This document shows positions 17,589-27,530 of a stretch of 64,000 nt of DNA, piece by piece (within the stretch, counting starts at the first letter, position 1; each line of letters opens with the position of its first letter). Source of the DNA: Acidimicrobiales bacterium (GTDB lineage Bacteria > Actinomycetota > Acidimicrobiia > Acidimicrobiales > RAAP-2); the NCBI GenBank assembly GCA_043782995.1, contig JAYVZV010000009.1, positions 554-64,553 of the forward strand. The letters are read 5' to 3'. A program made the position numbers and the translations under genes. The notes under the pieces are model-generated. The model did no database searches, had not been told where the DNA came from, and saw only the letters and a program-made list of their open reading frames with translations.

Positions 17589-18191
17589 CTACTGCATAAT
17601 CTCGGACCTCAAGGGTCGTGACGGATAGCTTCCCGACACGCCCGGGACCAACGGATTGACTTCGAATCCGCCACCGCAATAGGTCCAAGCTTGAAAGCCC
17701 TTTGGCACCGGTATCGACGCCATTCCGGTCAGTGATGTTACCGAGACCGTCAATTTGTCGGCATTGATGCACTTCGACATCACATCACTTCCGAAGATCC
17801 AAAAGGACGCGACTCGTCCGGACAAGAGTCGAATCGAAGGTGTCCGTCGACCGGGAGCGACTCCCATTTGGTCGTTGCCATTACGTCCCTTGAAGTCCCA
17901 TGTCTTCGTAGGGAGGCGCTTGTCCTTTAAGTAGACAGCCACAATCGGATATCCGCTTATCACGCACGGGAAAGCCCCATTGTTTCGGATCCAGAACAGG
18001 TCACCGAATGACCCTGCCAGGCCGCCAGTCGTCCCACGCCAGACAACGCTCAGTTGATCGGAGCCGCATTTCAGGCTGGATTGGGACATTGATGATGCTC
18101 CGGACGGGCTGCTACCTATCAGAGTGAGTGAACTCGCCACCACGATCAGTCCTAGCCATAGACCGCCGCTCTTCGAGATGGCTTGGTACAT
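17589..18191 (-). CDS. secreted DUF4232-like protein
   Basis: Internal ATG gives MYQAISKSGGLWLGLIVVASSLTLIG (signal/TM), then CGSDQLSVVWRGTTGGLAGSFGDLFWIRNNGAFPCVISGYP. Confidence 0.6.
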   Translation of the reverse strand: MYQAISKSGGLWLGLIVVASSLTLIGSSPSGASSMSQSSLKCGSDQLSVVWRGTTGGLAGSFGDLFWIRNNGAFPCVISGYPIVAVYLKDKRLPTKTWDFKGRNGNDQMGVAPGRRTPSIRLLSGRVASFWIFGSDVMSKCINADKLTVSVTSLTGMASIPVPKGFQAWTYCGGGFEVNPLVPGVSGSYPSRPLRSEIMQ

Positions 18192-18413
18192 GAGTGCAAA
18201 TCTATCTACAAGTGCTTCTACGGAGTTGTCGCCCCCGGTGTCCGGGTGTCGAGTCACGGAGACCACGGTTTCACCCGCCAGTCGGAGACTGTGGACGTCC
18301 CCGCAATGGACTCGCCTTCCGCGCTTGCCCTCCAGGACCTTTTCGCAGTTCACCCGTCGTCGTAACGCCTCGTGAGTGGGCGGCCGTCGTTCCAAGGATG
18401 TCGATGAATGTGA

Positions 18414-19043
18414 CTACTTGTCGTCGGCCCAGTCGAATTCGTAGGATATCCAGTTGGAGTCACTAAATTCCATGGCGATTCCAGAAGCCTCCACCGAGAA
18501 CGAGCCGACGCCGCAGTCACCCGATTGCCATATGAAGCCTTCCTCAAGGACAATCTTTGCGTTGTGTGGCTCGCCAGTCACCGGGTTCTTGAACGTACTC
18601 CCCGTTCCTTGGCCGATTCCTTCGGCCTTCAGGGTGACATCAAGGCCCGACCCTTCCAAGGTGATGCGTGCCTTGACGAGCCCCGCAATTTCGAAGGTTC
18701 CCCCGATGAGGGCCCACGGCATCCCGCCCAGTTGACCGGTGTAGATCTGGGCGAGTGCATCGACCTGCTCGTCAGTGGTCTCGGGCTCAACGATGAAGAC
18801 TGCCCGTCCACCACCATCGTGGATGGCCTTGGGCCAGTCAAAGACGCCGATTGCCTTGACACCAGTCAAGTCGACTTCGCCGCAGAAGCCTTCGTCAATG
18901 AAATTCCCTACATACGCCTTACAACTGCCGTCAGAAGAGCTCGGGAATCCCGAAAAGTTGCAGGTGCAACCAGGAGCGCAGTTGCAGAATTCATAGCCGC
19001 GGCCTCGCAACTGCCATTTTATGGATGTCTGGGTTGTTGTCAT
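18414..19043 (-). CDS. DUF1326-like protein
   Basis: MTTTQTSIKWQLRGRGYEFCNCAPGCTCNF... is the Cys-rich N-terminus characteristic of DUF1326. Internal ATG at 19043. Lies 11 nt downstream of its membrane partner. Confidence 0.7.
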   Translation of the reverse strand: MTTTQTSIKWQLRGRGYEFCNCAPGCTCNFSGFPSSSDGSCKAYVGNFIDEGFCGEVDLTGVKAIGVFDWPKAIHDGGGRAVFIVEPETTDEQVDALAQIYTGQLGGMPWALIGGTFEIAGLVKARITLEGSGLDVTLKAEGIGQGTGSTFKNPVTGEPHNAKIVLEEGFIWQSGDCGVGSFSVEASGIAMEFSDSNWISYEFDWADDK

Positions 19044-19054
19044 GTTGGATCCTT

Positions 19055-19843
19055 TCAGGTGATGCTGCTCATGAAGCTCGGATAAACGAGGAGGACAAGA
19101 CCAAGAAGAGCAAACAGTCCGGCGACGATGCGCGCAATCGCCTCTCCCGTGGCCGCTACTTTTTCCACGAAGATGAGCGCCGCGAGCGCGATCATCCAGA
19201 CGAGATTCATCGTTCCGAGGGCCACCAAGACCGACATCAGTGCCCAACAGCATCCAAGGCACACGAATCCGTGCGTCACTCCGGCACGCATGGCCCCGCG
19301 CACGCTACGCAGGTCACTCTTTTGGCGCACGAAGAAGGACATGGGCGTCCGACAGTGGCGCAGACACGCAGTCTTGAACGGAGAGACCTGATACACCGCA
19401 GCAACCACGAACACACCTCCGGCTACACGGGCGGCCCACGGACTGTTGTCGGCAATGGGTCCACGCAGAGATCGCCACGCGACGTAGGCCGGGATGGCGA
19501 CGGTCGACCAGATCAGGAGGTATCCGGCAACGAACGTCGTAGTCGGAGCGGCCAGACCGCGCGTCGATGCGCGTCGAAACAGGAGCACGACTGGAACGAC
19601 GGTGGGAAACATCATGGCGCTCATCATCGCCACCCATCCACCAACGAACGCCACGAGGGAGATCGACATCGGGGTCATGGACACACTCATCGTGTGGCTC
19701 GTCGTCATGTTGCCGGCCATATGGACCGACCACCACCAACCGGCAGCGGCGAGCGCAATCAGGACTCCGGGCACGAGCGAACTCTCGGTTAAAGATCGCC
19801 GCACCGGCGCCATGCGACTCACCGAACCCGCGAAATCGCCCAT
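19055..19843 (-). CDS. DUF2182-like integral membrane protein (putative metal-binding)
   Basis: Multiple TM segments and VTHGFVCLGCCWALMSVLVALG. Start chosen at the ATG preceded by GGGGGGA; longer starts up to 20011 are possible. Confidence 0.65.
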   Translation of the reverse strand: MGDFAGSVSRMAPVRRSLTESSLVPGVLIALAAAGWWWSVHMAGNMTTSHTMSVSMTPMSISLVAFVGGWVAMMSAMMFPTVVPVVLLFRRASTRGLAAPTTTFVAGYLLIWSTVAIPAYVAWRSLRGPIADNSPWAARVAGGVFVVAAVYQVSPFKTACLRHCRTPMSFFVRQKSDLRSVRGAMRAGVTHGFVCLGCCWALMSVLVALGTMNLVWMIALAALIFVEKVAATGEAIARIVAGLFALLGLVLLVYPSFMSSIT

Positions 19844-20151
19844 CGTCCCCCCGGTCAACGTGCTATCAAGTGAGGAATATACTTCTTTCAATCCCTTCGT
19901 GTCAAGAGAAATCACTCTGTACTGCATTGCAGCGATTACCCACCGGCGCGGCGGGAACCAGTTCGGGTCGCCCAGGGAAGTCCCGTGAGCAAGGGGATCA
20001 TTGGACGCCAATTGAGCGTGGTGGTCGTTGCACGAGGAACTAGGAATTGTCCAGAACTACGTTGTACTTGTTGACATAGGAACTATTGATCATTAGTTTC
20101 AGGCCAGGTGTCATTTCGCAATTTGCGAGTCACTGACAATGAGGGGGAAGA

Positions 20152-20934
20152 ATGACGAAACCAATTGTGCGAAGGTGGAATAGGGCAACCGGAGTAACGA
20201 AGCGGCTTGTACGAATCGCGTCGGTCATAGGGTTGCTGGCAACATTTGGCGGACTCGCCAACCCGGTGATGAGTTCGGCAAGCAGTACGCCGAGCGGCCA
20301 AGTGATGATCGGCAGTACCACTCTGACGATCCCCAGCAACGGAGGATATCCATACTTCACCGGCGGCGGCGGCTCAGTTGAGCCAGCGTACAACGACGCC
20401 AACGGGTCGCTGCTCTACCTACTCACTCCCACGAAGACGAAGGTCCAACTAAGCAGCAAGATCGTCCAGGATTCGACTGACATCGCTTTCCCCTTCCCGC
20501 ACCCGGTCAACGTGGCGCCACTCTTCTTGCCGGTCTACCCAACCAGTTCGGGTATTGATCCGGCGACGCTCAACTGCGCGCACGTCCCAGCAGACAACTG
20601 TCCGGACCACGGCCCAGCGGTCTCCGATGCGGTCCAATTCGGCATCGATCCCGGTATCTATGGTGCAGGCGTGATCGGACACGATCACCTGATCGGGGTG
20701 GCGGCAACGAAGGGTGATTGGAACATCATCTGGGAACCCGTGCTCGTCCTGTTCGCGCCGACGGCGGCCGGTGCCGCAGCAGCGGCGTCCCAGCACATCA
20801 CGACGCTCCAGCAACTCACCGACGACTTGAACGCGGGACTGGTCTTTGAGGTGCCACTCCCGACCCTCGATTTCCATTGCGGGATCGTCTCGGCGTCACT
20901 GTACGCACATGGGACTCCAGCCCCAACCGTGTGA
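20152..20934 (+). CDS. secreted hypothetical protein
   Basis: ATG preceded by GAGGGGGAAGA. Basic N-terminus plus hydrophobic segment (RLVRIASVIGLLATFGGLANPVMSSASS). No family recognised. Confidence 0.6.
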   Translation: MTKPIVRRWNRATGVTKRLVRIASVIGLLATFGGLANPVMSSASSTPSGQVMIGSTTLTIPSNGGYPYFTGGGGSVEPAYNDANGSLLYLLTPTKTKVQLSSKIVQDSTDIAFPFPHPVNVAPLFLPVYPTSSGIDPATLNCAHVPADNCPDHGPAVSDAVQFGIDPGIYGAGVIGHDHLIGVAATKGDWNIIWEPVLVLFAPTAAGAAAAASQHITTLQQLTDDLNAGLVFEVPLPTLDFHCGIVSASLYAHGTPAPTV

Positions 20935-21074
20935 TCGGTCGGGCTCTTTACGACTTGGATCTCCACGTGGAGTCGGCTCTCGGAAACGATTGGCGATTCC
21001 ACGTGGAGATCAATCTCGACCTGCGGGGAAGTTCCATGTCGTCCAGTCGAGGTCATTTAGCAGCCACATTCTCA

Positions 21075-21268
21075 CAGCCAGTGCAAGGTGGCAAAATAGT
21101 CACATCGGGCCTCCGACACCAGTTAGATCGCAATTGCATCGAGCCTCCAGTGCAAATGTGCAGAACTGTCAAGCCGGGCCTCCGACACGATTCCTAAGGT
21201 TCAAGCCGCCAGTGGGTGTTATCAGAATGAGTGCGTCGGACCTCCGACACCAGACCGCCTCCGACACC
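21075..21268 (+). repeat. tandem cluster of three REP-like units plus a 14-nt partial (copies 10a 21075-21120, 10b 21132-21188, 10c 21202-21252, partial 21255-21268)
   Basis: Each unit ends ...TCGGGCCTCCGACAC / ...GTCGGACCTCCGACACC. 10a and 10b are the TGCAG-type spacer, 10c the TATCAGAATGA-type. Confidence 0.85.
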
Positions 21269-21439
21269 AATTTTTGACCGCCAATCCTTAGGGTGTGGTG
21301 ACCGATCTGCAATGAGGCTTTCGCCGCAGTTCTCACATCGCTCAGGTAGCTGAATCGCGACGGGTTTCCGGGAGACTCTCTACTAAACCCAGTCCGCATC
21401 ACCACAGCAGTTTCGCGAGAATTGAAGTAGCGTCCACTC

Positions 21440-22231
21440 ATGTCTGCGGGAGATCTTGAGAGCGCGTTGGCCTTGAGTAGGTCGAGCGCTGGGACCTGGA
21501 GTGCCCACGCCGATCCGAACTACGAATCTGTAAACGGAATGTTTGGCGGTTGGACCGCTGCGATGTTGTTGCGAGCGGTCTGCGCCGAGGCCGATAGTAA
21601 GGCCGCGCCGTCTGCTCTCACCGTTAACTTTGTCCACAAGATCGAGCCGGGCAGCGACCTCTTGATTAGAACGTGGCGCGTTGGTGGAGGTCGATCTGTG
21701 GGCTATTGGCACTCTGAGTTCACGACTGCCGATGTCACGCTGGCGGTTGCCTCGGTTGTACTCACCGAACGACGCGAAACGGACGGGCACCTTGAAGTCA
21801 AGATGCCAGACGCCCCCGATCCCGCCACGCTAAATGCGATACACGCAGCGCCCGGACCGCATGGCGAACGAGTTTTCGATCGTCCAATCTTTGGGCTTCC
21901 TCCCTTTAATCAGGAGAGCACGTACTCGACCTCTTGGGTGCGTGAGACGAGCGGACGATCGGTCGACCATGCCCAACTTGCGTTACTCGCCGATCACCGC
22001 GCGCCGCGGTCGTTCTTCTGGAGTGACGGCCCCCGGCCGAGCTCCACACTCACACTCTCGGTCTACTTCCACGCCACCGAAAGCGAGCTGGCCGCCGTCG
22101 GGGACGACGAGATCCTAAGTGAGGCCTTCGGCACCCGAGGCGCACACTCGACTTCAGAGGAGCATCTTCGGCTGTGGAGCCGTCGGGGAGCACTGCTAGC
22201 TACGTCAGTACAGATGGCCTGGTTTAGATGA
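21440..22231 (+). CDS. acyl-CoA thioesterase (TesB-like double hot-dog) family protein
   Basis: NGMFGGWTAAMLLRAV... N-terminal hot-dog signature. 263 aa. Confidence 0.7.
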   Translation: MSAGDLESALALSRSSAGTWSAHADPNYESVNGMFGGWTAAMLLRAVCAEADSKAAPSALTVNFVHKIEPGSDLLIRTWRVGGGRSVGYWHSEFTTADVTLAVASVVLTERRETDGHLEVKMPDAPDPATLNAIHAAPGPHGERVFDRPIFGLPPFNQESTYSTSWVRETSGRSVDHAQLALLADHRAPRSFFWSDGPRPSSTLTLSVYFHATESELAAVGDDEILSEAFGTRGAHSTSEEHLRLWSRRGALLATSVQMAWFR

Positions 22232-22298
22232 CCGGAATTAACCCGTGATCCTTTGCACTCAGCCTCTGGGCTGACGGTCCGAAACGAGACCTAAACGG

Positions 22299-22348
22299 CC
22301 AGCCGCCAGTGGGTGGTATCAGAATGATTGTGTCGGGCCTCCGACGCC
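22299..22348 (+). repeat. REP-like unit, copy 11 (TATCAGAATGA subtype)
   Basis: ccaGCCGCCAGTGggtggtatcagaatgattgtGTCGGGCCTCCGACGCc. Confidence 0.8.
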
Positions 22349-22604
22349 AGCCTCAGAGCCAACAGCTAATTCGTGATGCTAGAGAAGGCGAGTCGGGGCA
22401 CCAACAGGACTGGTCCGTCCGGTGCCAGAGCTTGAAAGCAAAATATTCTCGTTGAACCTTCGCCGATGAGCAAAAGAGGATCGTCGAAAGTCTGTGCTCA
22501 GTCGGTATTATTGCGAATCGCCCATTCCCAATGTCAATCGCCCATTGTCAATGTCTTTGGGCAATGCTATGTTTCCGATGAAAATATCAAAGGGAGATTT
22601 CGAG

Positions 22605-22910
22605 ATGTGGGCACAACTGATCACAATGCGTTTGAAACCAGGTATGGACAATGAATTGGTGAGGTTGACTGAGATGTTGAAGGCAGCCGAACAACCAGGT
22701 TCCGGCCTCCTTCGCTCGACGATGATGAGGGACCAGAATGATCCCAGCCAGGTCTACACGCTGGTCGTCTTTGAAAACGAAGAGAAAGCTCGCGAACGTG
22801 AAAATGACTCACTGCGTCAAGCAGCCTTGAAGAACGTCAGGGCGCTCATGGTTGAGTTCTTCGACGGCCCCCCAGAATTTGTTGACTTGATGGTTGTCGC
22901 CGACAACTGA
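22605..22910 (+). CDS. ABM/Dabb-like (antibiotic biosynthesis monooxygenase fold) small protein
   Basis: ATG preceded by AAAGGGAGA. MWAQLITMRLKPGMDNE...VYTLVVFENEEKARE. Confidence 0.55.
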   Translation: MWAQLITMRLKPGMDNELVRLTEMLKAAEQPGSGLLRSTMMRDQNDPSQVYTLVVFENEEKARERENDSLRQAALKNVRALMVEFFDGPPEFVDLMVVADN

Positions 22911-23472
22911 CCTCGGACGCGCGGCCGTGGAGTATGGGCCGAGTTGGACCAGGGAATTCGAAGCCTGCCGCAAGGCGCCAATGCCTAATTCTCAGCATTG
23001 TTTCGTCGAGTTTCCGACACCAACCTCAGTAATGTCCAACCACCTAGAGCGGCGGCGACCACACAATCAAACGCCAGTCAGGGTCCCATTAGATCGTGCA
23101 GGTTGGCCCGCAGAAGTGCAGAAGATAATGTTCGACGAATGTCCGTGACTCTTCGACCGTTTGCCCTCTCCAGCTTTCCCGGCACGATTCAGGAATTTTG
23201 TACATCGGCTTGCCGACACCAACAATCTTTGAACTTTTAGTCAATTTCAATCTGTAGAATATTCGGGTCGAAGTTCGGCACACTTGGTGGTGCCGTTGGT
23301 CGAGAAATAGCGTGAACTGAACAGGTAACTCTCTTCGCCGGAACCACTAAATTGATCGTCTGCGTCTTTTGCGGCGTCTAAGTCGAATCATTCGAGAACC
23401 GAGGTGACTTCGCTGTAGCGGACCGCGGAGTTTCCATTGGAGGATGTAGTGTTTGCCACCCATACGTAGGAG

Positions 23473-24813
23473 GTGGTCGTGAGCGGTCAACCAGTTGCCA
23501 AGTCAGCTCGCCACATCGCTGCGGAGACCGCCGCCGCCTTAGTTCGATCCGGTGACTGGCTCGACTACGGCGCCGTGCTGGCCCAGCCCGACGCATTCGA
23601 CCGGGCGCTGGCGGGTCGAATCGGCGACCTCAACAACGTGAGCATCCGCGGATGTCTGAGCATGCGGCCAAGGGCGGTTGTCGAGGCCGACCCCGGTCGA
23701 GAGCACGCTTCCTTCTACAACTGGCACTTCGGCGGCTACGACCGCAAACAGAGTGACGTCGGCATCCAAAATTATATTCCATGCAACCTTGGCGAGATAC
23801 CCGACTACTACCGGCGTTTCATCGAGCCAGTGGACATGATGGTGGTCAAGACTTGTCCGGTTGACGCCCAAGGGTACTTCAACTACAGCGCCGCGAACCT
23901 CTGGCACGATGCTGTCGCCTCCCGGGCGAAGGTGATCGTTGTCGAGGTCGAGCCGTCGCTCCCTTACGTCCACGGCATCAACAATGGTCTACACATCAGC
24001 CAGGTCGACTACATCATTGACGGTGATGGCGGCCCGTTGCCGGCGTTGCCAGTCTTGGCACCCTCTGACGCCGATCGGGCGGTTGCTCGCCTTATTGCCG
24101 GTGAGATCGAGAATGGCGCGTGCCTGCAGATCGGGATCGGGGCGATGCCGAACGCAGTTTGTTCGTTACTGCTCGAGAGCGGCGTTCGCAACCTCGGCGT
24201 CCACACCGAGATGCTCACTGACGGCATCATTGATCTGTATCGAGCGGGCGTCGTCACCGGCTCCGCCAAGTCGGTGCATCCGGGCAAGATTGTCTGCAGT
24301 TTCGGTCTTGGATCACAGGCGACTTACGCTGCAATCGACGACAACATCGATATCTCCTGTCAGCCCGTCGACATGACGAACCTGCCCCACCTGATCATGC
24401 AGAACGACCGCTTGATGGCGATCAACAACACGACTCAAATGGATCTCCAAGGCCAGGCCGCGAGTGAGTCCAACGGTCATCGTCACATCAGTGGCAGCGG
24501 TGGTCAGCTGCAGTTCATTCGTGGGGCCTACGCGTCGAAGGGAGGAAAGTCGTTCGTGTGCATGTCGTCGACGTACGAACGCGACGGCGTTCGGCGCAGT
24601 CGCGTGGTGCTGAACCTGACCCCGGGAAACATCGTCACGGCCCCCAGAAGTGACATGATGTTCGTGGTCACCGAGTTTGGACTGGTCAACTTGAAGGGCA
24701 GGTCCGTCCCCGAGCGCGCCAAGGCGATGATCTCGCTGGCGCATCCAGATTTCCGAGATGACCTCGAACGAGACGCCCGAGCACACGGACTCATCCCTAG
24801 ATCATTCCGCTGA
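23473..24813 (+). CDS. acetyl-CoA hydrolase/transferase family protein (4-hydroxybutyrate CoA-transferase-like)
   Basis: 446 aa. GIGAMPNAV... and SGSGGQLQFIRGAYASKGGKSF C-terminal domain motifs. Confidence 0.85.
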   Translation: MVVSGQPVAKSARHIAAETAAALVRSGDWLDYGAVLAQPDAFDRALAGRIGDLNNVSIRGCLSMRPRAVVEADPGREHASFYNWHFGGYDRKQSDVGIQNYIPCNLGEIPDYYRRFIEPVDMMVVKTCPVDAQGYFNYSAANLWHDAVASRAKVIVVEVEPSLPYVHGINNGLHISQVDYIIDGDGGPLPALPVLAPSDADRAVARLIAGEIENGACLQIGIGAMPNAVCSLLLESGVRNLGVHTEMLTDGIIDLYRAGVVTGSAKSVHPGKIVCSFGLGSQATYAAIDDNIDISCQPVDMTNLPHLIMQNDRLMAINNTTQMDLQGQAASESNGHRHISGSGGQLQFIRGAYASKGGKSFVCMSSTYERDGVRRSRVVLNLTPGNIVTAPRSDMMFVVTEFGLVNLKGRSVPERAKAMISLAHPDFRDDLERDARAHGLIPRSFR

Positions 24814-25012
24814 GAGTCCTCTCCCGGCCCCAATTCGATTGTCGCTGCTCACGCCTGACGCTCACCGACAATTGAGTCTCGAGAGTTGCGGTGGATGTCA
24901 ACGTCCGGAAGTCCGGTTTCGTCGCCCTGGGCAATGTTCGCCTACCACGGGACTCTCGGTGGCAGCTCGGGCCAAGAGAATTGTGAGGGTAGCGACGGAA
25001 GCGGACGTAGAT

Positions 25013-25882
25013 TCACCCCATTCGCGCAGTGTCGAAGAAGTGCACCATCATCTGGGCAATCCTCGCCACGCCAGGTTTGATTCGTTTTGAACCAACCTGC
25101 GCGAACATGTGCCCCATGTTCCTAACCAGGACCAGTTGAGTTCGGTTACCCGCCGCTTTCAGATCCCCGTACAGTTCCATCGACTGCGACTTCAATACGA
25201 GTTTGTCTTCGATACCCTGAACCAGGAGAATCGGCGGCGCGTTCGGAGCAACGAAGTGAGTGGGACTCGCAAAAAGTACCTGGTCACGATTCTTGCCGAA
25301 TACCTGATGAATGTCGAAGGCGGAGAACCCTGACGCCCTCTCAGCGAGGTTCGCCGGTCCGAACATGTCTACCGCTGCGGCTAGATTGCTCGGCTCCGTC
25401 AGATATGGGCCGACGTCAAAGGCTGATTTCGGACCCGTGAGAGCAGCCAATGCCACGAGTTGGCCTCCGACACTGGTGCCGAATGCGTATATACGACTGG
25501 CGTTCAGGTCGAACTTTCGCGCCTCGTGTCGCAAGTATCTGATCGCGCACTTGACGTCCTCGATCTGCGCCGGGAAGTGAAACATTGGAGCCAGGCGATA
25601 GTTCACGGCGGCCACCGCGTACCCAGCCGAAGTGAGGGCATCAAGAAAGATGGGATTGAGGTCGGACTTGGCGCCTCCGGTCATTCCTCCTCCATGGACG
25701 TAAAGTGCTACGGGCAGTTGGTTAGTCACCGCGATGCGAGGGATGTAGAGATCCAGTCTTTGTGAGTTGCAGTAGGTGAGATTCGGGTGGACCGTGCCAC
25801 GCGAGAACGCCCCACCCTGTGGCGCGGAATTGCACCCAGATAACAGGCCCGCCGCGAGCAGTCCGGCAGCAAGTCGTCGCAT
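25013..25882 (-). CDS. alpha/beta hydrolase (esterase/lipase) lipoprotein
   Basis: MRRLAAGLLAAGLLSGC lipobox. HGGG oxyanion motif (LYVHGGGM). GTSVGG nucleophile elbow. Confidence 0.8.
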   Translation of the reverse strand: MRRLAAGLLAAGLLSGCNSAPQGGAFSRGTVHPNLTYCNSQRLDLYIPRIAVTNQLPVALYVHGGGMTGGAKSDLNPIFLDALTSAGYAVAAVNYRLAPMFHFPAQIEDVKCAIRYLRHEARKFDLNASRIYAFGTSVGGQLVALAALTGPKSAFDVGPYLTEPSNLAAAVDMFGPANLAERASGFSAFDIHQVFGKNRDQVLFASPTHFVAPNAPPILLVQGIEDKLVLKSQSMELYGDLKAAGNRTQLVLVRNMGHMFAQVGSKRIKPGVARIAQMMVHFFDTARMG

Positions 25883-26062
25883 TACGGGTACCCACCCCTG
25901 TCGACACTCGGCAATCGGCAAAACATGCGCGTGCACGCGTCAGTGATGATGGTCATGCCTCCAACATTCTCCACTTGCAATGTGTGGAATGCCGGCTCCC
26001 ACCTGCATGACCACATAGAGTTTTCAACTGACTTCAGACTCATCGGTAAAATACAGTCCGAC

Positions 26063-26476
26063 TCACGCCATCCAGAAAAATTCAAGTTGAACATTGTCGG
26101 GGTCGCGAAACACGACCACGGAGTAGCCAGAATGATCATCGAGTGCTTGGTAGGCGAGCGGAGAGTGTTCGACGTGGAGTTCCGTCAAGTGTCGTTCCCA
26201 CTCCTCTAATGCCGAAAGGTCGATAACAGCGAAACCCACGTGATCCAGACCGGTGCGGGTCTCGGAAAACGCCTCGCCCTCATTTGCATTGTGGACGTGA
26301 AGGCTTAAGACCACTGAGAACTCGGGATTAACCATCGTCTCAAGTCGTCCCGTGCCGTCGGGGTGTTCAGCGCTCAACACCGTCGAGAAACCAAGGACTG
26401 TTTGATACCACGCGACGCTACGGTCGAGGTCCGTTACCGTGATGGCTACATGGTGGATACCAGCGACGCTAGGCAA
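26063..26476 (-). CDS. VOC (glyoxalase) family protein
   Basis: GIHHVAITVTDLDRSVAWYQTVLGF...VVVFRDPDNVQLEFF. Confidence 0.8.
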   Translation of the reverse strand: MPSVAGIHHVAITVTDLDRSVAWYQTVLGFSTVLSAEHPDGTGRLETMVNPEFSVVLSLHVHNANEGEAFSETRTGLDHVGFAVIDLSALEEWERHLTELHVEHSPLAYQALDDHSGYSVVVFRDPDNVQLEFFWMA

Positions 26477-26855
26477 TTCACCTCCCGACTACTGTCCGGC
26501 AGCATAGGTCAAAAACCTCCGGAATTTGTGGAGACAATGATGAGTACAAGAAGATGGTTGTCGAGACTTAGTGACTTGCGCTGACGAAATGATACCTCGG
26601 TGTGGGAATGTCGGACGACTACTCATGTTGACCACACCAGTTATGGAAGGTGAGACGTTGTTGATTGATGCCAGTCCTGTCACGCCGGGTCTCCGCCACC
26701 GAGCGCTATCGACAGTTCGAGAACGCAATGTACAAGATGAGTGAGTCACGCCTCCGTCTCGCCGTCCTGGCGACAATGATCGCAGAGAACCGACGAAATG
26801 ATTCGTCGACTCGGGGTCGTATAGCGTCAGTCAGGCCACGATCTGTCAGACTTCG

Positions 26856-27530
26856 TTGATGGACGAAGAGCTGTGGTCGATGGTGGATACTTATTTGGTG
26901 TCTCTGCTCACCCCGCCAGACGTGGCACTTGACCAGGCGCTCGCCTTCAGCGACGAGGCGGGGCTTCCGCCAATCAACGTGGCGCCGAATCAGGGAAAAT
27001 TTCTGATGTTGATCTCGAAGATGTGTGGTGCTTCGCGCATCCTTGAGATAGGTACGCTCGGTGCTTACAGCACCATCTGGCTCGCGAGTTCCTTACCGAG
27101 CGATGGCGCGCTCGTCTCCTTGGAGCTGGACCCACACCATGCTGATGTTGCGCGTCGGAACCTCGAACGCGCGGGCTTCGGAACACGTGTCGAGATTCGC
27201 GTCGGACCGGCCAATGACTCGCTTCGTCAAATGGTTGACGGCGGCGAGGATCCCTTCGATTTCATATTTATTGACGCGGACAAGGAGGGCTACGCGGAGT
27301 ATCTGGATCTCTCGCTGCAGCTGTCACATGTGGGCACGGTGATCATCGCGGACAACGTGGTCCGAGGTGGCCAAGTTGCCAATTCCGCCGCTACTGATCC
27401 TCGGGTGTTGGGAGTACGCACCTTCCTCGAGCGTGCGGCTGCCGAGAGCCGACTCGATGGCACGGCGATGCAGACAGTGGGCAGCAAAGGTTATGACGGC
27501 TTTGCGCTCTTCGTGGTTGCGGGACCGTAG
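26856..27530 (+). CDS. class I SAM-dependent O-methyltransferase (caffeoyl-CoA OMT-like, family 3)
   Basis: ILEIGTLGAYSTIWLA...FIFIDADKEGY. 224 aa. Confidence 0.85.
   Translation: MMDEELWSMVDTYLVSLLTPPDVALDQALAFSDEAGLPPINVAPNQGKFLMLISKMCGASRILEIGTLGAYSTIWLASSLPSDGALVSLELDPHHADVARRNLERAGFGTRVEIRVGPANDSLRQMVDGGEDPFDFIFIDADKEGYAEYLDLSLQLSHVGTVIIADNVVRGGQVANSAATDPRVLGVRTFLERAAAESRLDGTAMQTVGSKGYDGFALFVVAGP

Noticed and set aside
21075-21268. Possible CRISPR array
   Set aside because: There are only three units, they differ from one another, the linkers are 11-13 nt rather than spacer-sized, no cas genes are present, and the same unit occurs singly elsewhere.
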